Shown piece by piece: positions 14,701 through 26,700 of a stretch of 64,000 nt of DNA. Every line of letters starts with the position of its first letter. Positions within the stretch are counted from its first letter, which is position 1. The translations under genes were made by a program, and so were the position numbers. The DNA comes from Balanoglossus misakiensis (Eukaryota; Animalia; Hemichordata), in NCBI GenBank assembly GCA_040954595.2, contig CM082578.2, forward strand, positions 13,732,304 to 13,796,303. Direction: 5' to 3'. The notes under the pieces were generated by a model that worked only from the letters and a program-made list of their open reading frames with translations, was not told where the DNA came from and ran no database searches.

Positions 14701-17700
14701 ATGACGATGTCTTTTCTTCCTCTGTCGCAGGAGAAAGACGGCAAATATGAAACTCAATATACAAGAATACGAAAAGTCATGTTGGAGCTGATAGACATCC
14801 GACGACAGATCATTTCTGGAGACAGAACACAGGAACAGCTGACCGACCTGAAAAGAATTGCCTCGGGCAAGATAGACTGGGGAAATAGTCAAATGGAATT
14901 AGATCTGGTGCCTCGGTTGGACTGTGAAGTTGCTGATGTAGACAGCACTAGTGTAGTTGAGCTATTTAAACTTGTAAGTAGCTTTTCAAATACACATGTA
15001 TGTCCTCATGGGCAGTATTAAATAAGTTGATAGAATTCAGTGTTCAACAACCATAGTTGCTGTCATTTGTACTAAAAGTTGTCGAAAACCACTTCTCTCA
15101 AAACTATTTGTAGGACTTGTGCTCTTTCATAAAGTCAAGACTTTGACAAATTGCAGGAGTGCTTATGTCAAAGGTTATCATTTTCTCATAAAAAGTCATG
15201 CCTTCCTTTCTTCCTTTCAATGCGTTCCTAAAATGTTGTCAAGCAAGTGGATTTTTCTCGTGTGGGTACCCTTTTATAGAATCTGTGATATTCCTGGTGT
15301 AGTTTTTTCCCAAGAAAGAAAACAAGCCAAATTTTTCAGCAGTTGTGTCATTGGCAGTAAAGAGCCAATCATATCCGTTTGCATTCACTCGACATATCAC
15401 TTGCTAGTGCGTATGTCTAACAGTATCACATGAAATGTTAGTCATGCTTTTATAGGTCACTGAAATTGTAAACTCGCCAATAAGATATAATTTCAGGAAT
15501 TATTTATTCAAGTGTCAATCAAAAGTACAGTAGTAACAGAGGTGACTCTCACTGACTATTGTCAATAATTTTTGTTTCTGTGAATTTTATTTTACATGTA
15601 GCACCTTCAAAGCAGGGAGGACACACAAAGCCAATCAGTAAGTACCAAGTTACATTCTAGTTGTAGGGACATGAAATTTTGTGAGTGTAAATACCCTTTC
15701 ACCACCATGGTTTGGTCCAAATCTATTGTTTTCTATGGTTAAGGTGGACCTCTATGGGCGAAGGGGGGGGGGGGGGGGTGGGGGGGTGGGGGGTGAAAGG
15801 GTTAAACCCAAACTGTTTGCGAGATTGATTCTTTTAATAGTAGTCCCAGTTCGCCTGTCCCACTGTCTCACATTGTTGGATGCAAACTGTGGAAGTAAAG
15901 AGTTACTCCATACAAGGCAGGCACTATATATTAAATTTAATTTAAACTTGATTTAATTTTTCAATTTTTCTCCCTGGCAGTCAAGAGGCACACTCCGGAA
16001 AAAGAAGAAACGAGAAAGTGTTCCCATTCATCACCTCTACTGTGTAGTGGAGAAGTTTGATTCACACATAGGGGAGGATGCAGAGATATTCCTTTCATTG
16101 TATGATGCCAAAAAGGCTGTATTTATCAGGTAAAAGATGTTCTTCAGAACCCAAACTATATGTAAGATATATCGTCAGTTGACAAGGTACAATTCTTGAC
16201 TGGCCTATAAATTTGTGAACTACCATAGCAGTCATACATGTACTATACATAATATTCTTTGAACGAAGCAAACCAATTAAGTTTTATTTTAGTATTTGTC
16301 ACACGCTACAATAAGAAGTTTTCTTTATATTTGCAGTGAAAGATACATGACAAAAAAGAATAAGAATGAAACAAAGGCAACAAGTCATTCGGCTCTCTAT
16401 ACGGTAAGTTCAAATTACTATGTGCATCACAGATTTTTGAAGAGATTTCATGCTTTCTTGAGGAGGCCGATACCAATAAAAGGTTTGTGGGAAGGTCCTT
16501 CAAGGGGAATTTTCATTCAAAATAATACATGTATAGCCATGTGGTGGTGCACCTGTTTTGCTTGGCCACCCCATGTGAAAATCGTTAATTGGCTAGATCT
16601 CAACTACATGTAATACCAAAGTAACCCTGGCTCTTAAATTGGTGGTGACTGTGTACCTAAAAGTTTCTCAATCCATCCTTACCTATTTAATCAGGATCTG
16701 GGACATGCTGACCTTGCAAGAGATCTCTACATCGTTGTTCATGTAGTCAGAGTGGGAAGGATGTTGTTCAAGGAAAATGAGAAGAAGAAAAGTGACCAAG
16801 TCTACAGAAGACCCTATGGATGTGGAGGTAAGGGTCTTTGGGTTTTTAATGAACTCTGCAGTTATGCTCCAATTGATAGATTTGGATGGATGAACATTTT
16901 CAAAGCTGTCATTCTTACAAGATTATCATGAATAGGTAGCCAGTTTGTTGACAACTAGATAATCACTTGACATATTTTTGTGTGTCTAGTTTTGTTTTAT
17001 TTTGTTGTAACCTTTATGACTTTTGTATTAATTTTAACAGTGGCCAGCATCAACGATATCCTGTCAGCTAACTCTGAGCATACAGAAGATATGGGTCATT
17101 TCATCAAAATCTACAGGTACTAAGTGTAACTTAAGTTTGAGTGTGTGTGTGGTTTGTCCCTTGAAATGAAATAACATTTTATTTTGGAAATGCTGAGTTG
17201 ACATCCCTTATTGAAATGAAAAATGAACCGAATGTATCAAACTTCAACTTGCAGCTGTATTGGTTCAGAAAATGACTTTCCAGTTCTCCATGAAACCATC
17301 ATCAAAAAACAGACCGGAAAACTGAATGTATCAAACTCGCACATTATTGGTAAGTTTTAAGATGGACTTAGTTTAGAATTTCTAAAATCAAATAGAAATA
17401 GATGCCTTTTGGATGAGAAGTGTTTTGAAATTGGTACATATGTAGATCTCAACTTGCCATGGTAACTGTAGCTAAATATACATAATGTGACCATATACCT
17501 GGGCTGGGTGGTAAAATGAGTTTCATGTTTGTTTGCAGGTATTCCCCTGAGTATTAAGATGCTGCATGGCGATATGAACCAACTAAAGAAGGAGAAGCCA
17601 TTGCTATTTTCAAGGGGTGTCCACATTGTCAGAAAACTAGGATTTGCTGATGTCATTATGCCAGGTACAACAAACCACCCTTTGTGTTATTGGATCTCTA

Positions 17701-20700
17701 AGCAAAGCTGGGTTTTCCATCACCTTGGACGTGTGGCCTGTCAATGCTATGGATGTTATACAGACCTTCTGATAGGATATGCCATTTAGGGATAAAGTTA
17801 TGGAACAGTGGGATGATAATGGAATAATCATTTACTTCATTGAGTATAACTGCTAAGATTCTAAGATGTCAGAGCGATAATTTTATCTTTCTAGTAATCT
17901 CACTATTATCACTTGATTGACATTTGTATGTATTCACTTGTTTGTTACCTAGGTGATGCAAGGAATGATGTTTACATCACCATTGACAAGGGAGAGTTTG
18001 AAAAAGGTGGCAAGACTGTTGGGAAGAATGTGGAAGTGTGCATGAAAGTCTATGACAGTGATGGCAGAATGATTTTGGTAAAATGAATTACGATTTTTCT
18101 GATGCTATTGTATGTAATACACACAATGCAATCATTTCTGTTCCCAGGCATACTTTTTCTGATTATGACTTGGAGTCATCAAGTTTGGTCAAAATCACAT
18201 GATTGTATTTGATGAGTTATGTGCCCTTATTTTGACTCATTAAAGCATGCAATACCACAGTGGCAATATATATATTTGTCTAATAATTAATTGAATGAAA
18301 TGTTTCATTATTCTTTGTAGGACTGCATCAGTGTCAGCGAGGGTACACCCCTCAAAACAGATTTTCAGTCAATCATCTTTTACCATAGCAACCTGCCAAA
18401 ATGGAATGAAACTGTCAAGTTAGTCATTCCACCAGAGAAATGCCAAGGGGCACATATCAGATTCGAATTCAGACATTGCTCAAGTAAGTCCACTTGATTT
18501 TGAAGTTGAAGTGCATCTGGAAGAATTAAGAATCTGCCAGGGCACTTCAATTATGATTGTTTGGATTTTTTTTAAGTGTGCTTTGATCATCACATCAGTT
18601 TTGAGTGATTGTAATCTTTTGCTTACATCTTTCTGGCACAAATCAAAATAATGGATCAGTGAGTGCTTTAGTTCTATAGGCACAAAACTATTTTTGAAAG
18701 CAATTGTTTTGTCTCATTGCAGACAGAGATGCACAGAAGAAATTGTATGCCTTTGGCTTCATGAAACTGACACGGGCAGATGGTGCAACTATTGCTGATG
18801 GGACCCATGAAGTCTTTGTTTACAAGGTAAATTGTATTTCTTGTCATGAACGATGCAGTACCTTGGTTTGAGTTTAATACAGTGTTCAAATTTAGTTGCA
18901 GGGTGTTTTTGTATGGTCATTTCTTTTTTGATGTAGTAGATACAATGAACTTTCCTTTAGATACAGATGTGATAACAAGTGTTAAGTATATTTGTGAAAT
19001 TTGTCTGGTATAATTTTCAATATCTCTGTCACACCCAGTTACGTACATGTATGTAAAGTTGACGGTAGGCGTTTGTGTGCATGCCTTCTTGTGTTAGCAT
19101 CCCAGTTTGTCTTTATAACGTAAATCTTTTGGTTAAAATATCCTTGTCATGTTCAAACCTTGCACCCATTGATGTTTCACCTGGTTCTGGTCATTGTCAT
19201 GTCTTGCTTGAAGAAAGTTGTGTTCTTTATTCTTAGAAGATATACAAGACTCTTTAAAGTACATGTACACTACCCATTCCCTGTCCAAAATTGCCGTGCA
19301 TTCTGTCAGATGCCTGCATCTAAATTCACTTCTGCAATGTTTATTCATTGATACATGTATGTATGTTTTGGGATGGATCACTATCAATAATGTATTTCTG
19401 TCTTCTCTTTAACAGTATGATGATCAATTATTCAAATTCCATGTAAGTTCCACCTATCCCTATTCTCCACTTCACCTCACATGGCAAAAGTTGTTTTCTT
19501 TCTTTATCTCACTTCGCTTCTTTTTGTGTCACAGCAGAAGTCTAGTCAGGCGTTGGTCTCCTCAGTGACTTCTCAAATGACACAGAAATAATAAAAATGA
19601 GTGACAGAAGATAGCAACTGTGCCTCTATTAATTTCATGTACTCAACTCTTGTTCATAGCATGTCCAAATCTAAATGTACATGTACATCCTGTAGTTAGA
19701 ATACAACCCCAAAATATTGTGTATTTGTCATTCATGTGTGTATACATGTATTCCTGGACAATATTTTGCATGATTTGTGTTGATTCCACTCACTCCATAA
19801 CATGTCTCTGATTCTTGTTGGACAAACCCTCTTGTATATCCTCTTTAAATCAATCATCTATCATATCCCCAGGTATCGTTTCATAACTAAGTGATACACA
19901 ACCGTAAAAAAAATATTTAAACAAAAACGACAGTGTGGTTATTGCCCTGTCAAGTGGTGATGCTACCTATATTAGCATCTGCATCATTTCATCTGGATCT
20001 TTCACTGCGCTTTTTGCAGACAATTGAAAACAATTTGTTGGACCAAAGTTTGGTGGCAAGAGCGAGTAAGAAGCCACCTGCATCTGAACAGCACCCCTAC
20101 AGTTATATTTCAAACAAACACACACAACACATGTATCATTATAATGTTGATGCAGCATCAAAAAATTATGACCCTCCCCCTGCTGTGCCATGCTGGGTGA
20201 AGCACTGAATTATCAGTAACGGCCGGCATTGATGTTGAGATACATTGTATCTTACATGTAATGGCAATTTGCTTTTGAAACCATTTAGTTGTATCCATGA
20301 TGTGTTGCTTTTGCAGTGTGAAGAGAACCATCGGTTTAGCAGTGCTCATACTTATCTGAAGTTACCCAGCACCCAGGCAGACCTGACCACCTCACTGGGA
20401 TCTGTGGCTGGAAATAACACCTATCAGAGGAACATGAAGGAAAGTTTTTTCATCAAAACAAAAGTTTGCTCCACCAAACTTCCACAAAATCGTAAGTGCA
20501 GTTGAACACACTCAGTTTGAACCATATTTTACTGCCTAGGACTTGAAATAAAGTTTAGTGACTATCTTATAGTATCAGTCATTCATAATTAACATACAAT
20601 GCTTTCACAAACCGTGCATGAACTTGTTTCGGTAGTTGACCTGGTAGCCTTGCTGAGGTGGAAGGACCATCCAGAGAATATTCACCACAGTTTATCCAAA

Positions 20701-23700
20701 TTGATGAAAATTAAAGGAGAAGACATCGTCAAATGTCAGGATATCATTGATACGTTGTTCAATATCCTGGATGAAGATACAGAGGCCTATGGCAAACCAG
20801 TCTTCCAAGCCTTGGTGAGATCTAAGTTCAGTGTACATATTTAAAACTGACTTCTCATAGAACACTTCATGTTCATACCTTGTTCTGTTTGGATGTGTTG
20901 TTTTGGGGTTTCATCATGTAAAATGTTTAAATTAGTCATAACTCTGTTTTCCTTGTTTCTGTATGTAGGTGTTCATAATTGGTATCCTGAGTGACAGCAG
21001 ATATCAAAACTTACGAACAGACCTTGATACTTACATAGAGAAGCACTTTGCAGGGACACTTGCGCACAAGTAAGTACATGTATAGAGTTACTCAGATCAA
21101 TGCTAGCTGCTGCACAAATATGATAGATTTAACTTAGAAGTTAGATGATACTTAAAGGCAAAATGACATCTATAGTATAATGAAAACTTTTATGATCTAC
21201 ATGTAGCTTTTTTAAGGCACATACTGATACATACACGAATGGACCTTCAAACAATGTGCCTGGCTAACAAAGTTCCTGAGTCAAAATAAGAAGACAGTTG
21301 TAACTTCTATCTCTGACAGACCCCTAATGAGCTGTTTAAAACAGTGCACGGAAGAGGCAGTACATTATGCCGACAAGCAGGAACAAGTTAAGAGTGCATT
21401 CCGGGCTATTCCTTACTTATTTAAATTCATCATTCAATCAAGACTCCTTTATGCAAGGTATGTTGTCTTTATATCGTGAGAGATAATTCCCTGAATACCT
21501 TGTGAATTCTCAAGTGCTATGTAATTTTCAGTGCATTTACTCTTGCCTCAAAACACGTTGAGATGATCATGAAGACCTCACACTCGTATGCTAGCTACAA
21601 GATTATATCATACAGATAATCATTACCTAAGTGTAGAAATCATACAACAGTGTGGACGTGTTTCCTTGACAGAGCCACCAAAGGAAAAGATGAAGCAGCC
21701 TTCAAAGAAAGCCTTCGAGGTTTATTTGCTGCCATGAACAACATGGTGCAGATTGCAGCAGAATTTATCACACACTCACAGGTATGTACCCTGATGTAGG
21801 AATGGACTTTTTGATCAGTGGGCAAGACAAGAAAACTGCTGGACCTGGCAAATAGTGTTTGCATATATGAATGTAACTATATGCCTCATGAAAATTTTCC
21901 AGGCTTTTTCTGAACTGAAACAGATCAACTGTGACAATGTGTTCAGTTCTATTTTATATTAACGTAAATGTTTTCATCTTTACAGATAATGTTGCTGAAT
22001 AATCTCAGCTCTACCTATGACTGTCTGTTACAAGAGACGGCGTCTGGACACACAGTCTGCACTCTGAAAGAATTGTCCATGTTCGTCAAGAACTTGATCG
22101 ACAGTGTCGCCAGGGAGAACGTCTCATCTGACCTACACGCCGCAAAACTAAGATGCGTGTTAGATACCATCAATAGTAGACTCTTTGAGGAGCGAGGTAA
22201 GGTGCTGAGAATCAATGCTTCTTGTGTGTAAAAGTCTGTAGGTGAAATCCAGAAATTGAACACACCACAATACAAAGAAAATCCACATAATTGTATTGAA
22301 TTTGAACTTTTTTTCACGTGCAGAATCCAGGAGCATCACACCACACCACACCACAATACAAAGAAAATCCACATAATTGTATTAAATTTGAACTTTTTTC
22401 ACTTGCAGAATCCAGGAACATCTTGCTGCCGGTGTTTCTGAACCATGTGAGAATGCACCTCGTACAGAAACAAGAGTTGAAACTGTGTGGTGAAGTGTTG
22501 GGTGATATGTTGACATCTCTACAGAAAATGAGCAGGGTGAGTCCTGACGAGCCGCCCTTTCCTCTTTGTGAAACCCTTTCACTGCCCTGGTTTGATCCAA
22601 GTTCATTGTTTTCTATGGTAAAGTGAGACATGTTCAGAGGGAAAGAGGGGTGAAATGGTCAGACGGAAATATAGGCAAATATTATAACCCGTATAGAGCC
22701 TGACTTGGATATACATGTATGTATCCCATATGAAGTCAAGGAGTTTCACATACAAAGTCAGAACCTCTAGAGATATGATGACCGTTTGAAATACTGTATT
22801 TTCCATCAATTTCAGAAAAGACAGACTTATTTTTTCTGCCGCACACCTTCTTTTTCAGGGCCATCCTGTGAATGGTGAGGTTCAGTTGATAGTGAAAACC
22901 TTACTGGACAATCTTTTACAAACGCTTTTGACTATCTCCAGACAAGGCGAGCTTGCTGTGAGTAGAATCCAAATGATTTCTGTTTCATTCACTGTTGATT
23001 TCAGTTTTTTGAAGATACAATGAAAAGTGCACTGTTGTTATTGCCAAGTTCAGTCAAACAGATTTCAAATCAGCATTGCAAAGGTTTTGGCTGTGGTGGG
23101 GAACTGATGTAGGTTTCACTGCAGTGGCTGATCAGTGAGGAGACCGATAACCTTGGCATTTCACAGAAGAATCATGATGGTTGAATGTTTATGTCCCCAC
23201 AGGGCCAGTTTGTGGCATGTCTGACATGTACATTGAAACTCATGAGAGAAGAACACTTCAAGAATTTGCTGAACAGCTTCAGTGACAGAAAACCACTGAA
23301 AGAATTCATCACCAGGATCTTCATCGTCTTCAGAGAACTTGTCAAACAAGATGTCTTCCCTCAGGATTGGATGGTGATGAGGATGGTCACAAATGAGTGA
23401 GTGAAAACTTTTTGAGCTTCTTCACTGTCAACACTCCTTGCTGTTTTCAGCAGACCACTTAGAGTCAGCATGTTTTATTACATCGTTCAGTATTAAATAT
23501 ATACAGTTACACGTACGTAAAATGTTTCATCTTTTAATTTTTCTCTTTCAGTGTTATTTTGTCAGCCATTCAGTATTTCTCCCAAATCCTCACATCTCAC
23601 TTCCTTGGGAAGGAGAACTTCGATAGTCAGGTAGGTCAAAGGGGAATGATAACACGGTGTCATACTACACTGTTACATTTCAACTGCTGAAGGTCTGCAA

Positions 23701-26700
23701 GTGCTCAACAAAGTAGTGGATATATCCACAATTACCTCTGCATTATTTAGGCTATAAATGTAGTACATGTACTCTTTGTCTCTTGTACCAGTTTATATGG
23801 GAGGACATTCTTATGTGTCACAGGACAAACAACACATGGCCTATTGAGTTAAATGGTCACATTGGTGCATTAGTTACAATTTTTGTTAAACTCTGCACCT
23901 ATTCTAGTTTCATACAAAGCTTGACCCGTTGCTATGGTAATTAACAAAGTCTTGCATGATGTCACAATGAGTGAAAAATTCATCTATAAGATAAAATCTT
24001 CCTGACTCTTCACATTCATTGTTGCTCATCTTTGATTTCAGCTGTGGAGTAGTTTCTTCCACCTGTCGGTTTCATTCCTGACGCAACCAAGTCTTCAACT
24101 GGAAACATTCTCCGAAGTGAAGAGAAACAAGATCAAGGATCAGTATGGAGACATGAGAGTACTTATGGGTCATGAGATAGAATCCATGTGGCACAATTTG
24201 GGTAAGACTAGTGTGTAAATGTTAAACTAGAAAGAACATCCTGTTTAACTGGTTATGAAAATTTATCGACATCACTGTGAAGACTTGAGTGCAGTTGTTT
24301 CTGTTTCTGTTTTCCACGCAGGTGATTATAAAGCCAGCTTTTTGAGTTTGATTGGAGTGTTCTTAGAAGTGACGCTGGTTCCAGAGACAGAACTCAGGAG
24401 AACAACTCTACCCTTCTTCTATGACATGATGCAATGTGAACAGAAACTCAGAGGAAACTTCAAACAGGTCAGATTTTAACTAGACTTCATTTGAATGATG
24501 TTTCAATTTAGTAATGTGAGCTTTTCTAGATCAGATTTCTTAAAAATTATTTTCTGTTGATAACAGAAAGATAATCATTTACCAATTTTATTTAAAATAT
24601 TTGTGAATTACAGGTGGAATCAGAAATCATTGATAAGTTGGATTTGCTGGTTGGCACCAGGAAAAAAGGCGATGAAGAATATAGGACGTTATTCTATTCA
24701 ATGTGAGTGGTGTTTTAATTCTGGCTTGGTAGTTTGTAAAGGATAAACATGCCTTTGATAATGATATTGTCAGGTTTCATTGTTTTACGTTTTGTCTCAA
24801 TCGACTTTGCTTTCTCTCTACAGATTGACAGATAGGTTACAAAACCAACCCTGGAAGGAAACTGGTTTATCATTTGTGAGCATAGTAGCCAGGTTGTTAG
24901 ACACGCTGCTTGACTACAGGAATGTGATGACAAGAGAGGATGAGAAGTTTAAACAGATGAGTTGTACTATGAACATACTGGTAAGATGTCTTCGTAACTT
25001 AAAACACACATGTGTCCTATAATGACACTTGGGCCATCCCAAGCAGAAAGGGGTCTTATGGTCATAAGTATCACGCTCCCATAAGACCTTTCTACTTGGG
25101 ATGGCCCACTTGGTAACTACAATAGATTGACGTCTAGATACTGTTGTATGTTGGTATACTATATTTGGTGTGCCACTTTGTTCCTACCAGTTGGTGTACT
25201 CTGTTAGTTGTAAGTATAACACCGTATATGTATGACTGAAACAACAACTGAAACAGCAAGGTGTGTGGAAACCAGTTTGTTATAAACTACATGTATGCTA
25301 GTGTCTTATCACCAATTATCAGTTTCATTTTGGTGACACCAATAGCCACTCATTTGATATGACGATTTTGTTTTGGTGCAGAAATTTTATAAAGATGAAC
25401 TCAAGAAGGAGGAGATGTACAAGAGATACATCTACAAATTACACGATTTACACATCCCAGACCTGAACTTCACAGAAGCTGCATTTACATTACGGACACT
25501 GGCGGATAGTTTGCAGTGGAGTGGCAAACATCTTCCGGCAGATGACATATTCCCGGCACAAACAGAATGGCAGAGGAAAGAAGCACTGTATCTGAAAATC
25601 ATTGAGCTTTTCAACAAAGGAGAGGTAATTGTTAGCAACTGATGTTTTTTTATATTCTGTGTGAAGTTTGAAGGCAATGAAGTCAAAACAATTTTCTTCG
25701 TGTTTTTTTAATTTCCAGACATGGGAACAAGGTATACCACTTTGCAAGGAGCTTGCCACGCAGTATGAGACCAAAGCATTTGACTATGCCAAACTTGGTA
25801 AGATACTGGTAAGTATCAATACATTGTGTATGCATCGTAATGTAATAATGAAATCATCGTAATGTCAGAATTTGCTGTCATTGCAGACACCTTTTGTTGG
25901 ATCAAAGTTAGTATATTTCATGAACTTTTAGTTTAAGTGCTAACAGGGTTATTCTTTGACTGTTTATTTATATATCCAGAAACTGCAGGCTGACTTTTAC
26001 GAACAAATCTTGAAGAATACCAGAATGGAAACAGACTTTTACAGGATTAGTTTCTATGGTCTGGACTTTCCAATGTTCCTTCGGGTGAGTAAATCATGTT
26101 TTTCATTGTTCTCACATTCATTCACTACTTCAAGATCAGAATACTATGGCTAGATTTGTCACCAGTTACAGTGGATATCACAGAGACAAGTGCTTCTTTG
26201 TAATTTGGGCTAGGGACAATGATAGCAACTAACAGGTGTCTTGATTACATTGCAGAACAAATCCTTGGTGATGAGGGCCCGTGTGTATGAGAGACAAGAT
26301 GGCATCCAACATATGATAGTGAATGAATTCCCAGGAGCTCAAGTATGGACAGAACACCAACCACCGAATGAGAAGATTTTACAGTCAAATGTGCAATGTA
26401 TCCTTTTCTACAAATATCAAAGGAAATTAGTGTAAATGTTCATTTCAATTGTTGAGCTTATTCACCTAGTTCCTGTACATTGTCAAGGGTAGAGCTTTGT
26501 GTTGGACAGTGGAGTTACGTGGCTATTTCTGTTTGAAACCGACATGTACCGGTACATGTACATGTCTCTCAGGGATACGCATACACCCCAGTACATGGCC
26601 TTGCCAATCTTTGCATTAAATTTATGCATGATATTAAAAAGTGCTACAAAATGGCTGTGAATAATAATATATTGCTAATAGGAAATGTTTTAATTTCCTT

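Noticed and set aside
16674-16694. TCCTTAC near an acceptor resembling a U12 branch site
   Set aside because: The matching donor (16404) is GTAAGT, a U2 type. It could be chance or a converted intron and is not supportable.
20722-20750. DOCK motif IVKCQD appears one residue shorter than the recalled IVKFLQD
   Set aside because: In-frame and based on memory of homologues. Not evidence of pseudogenisation.
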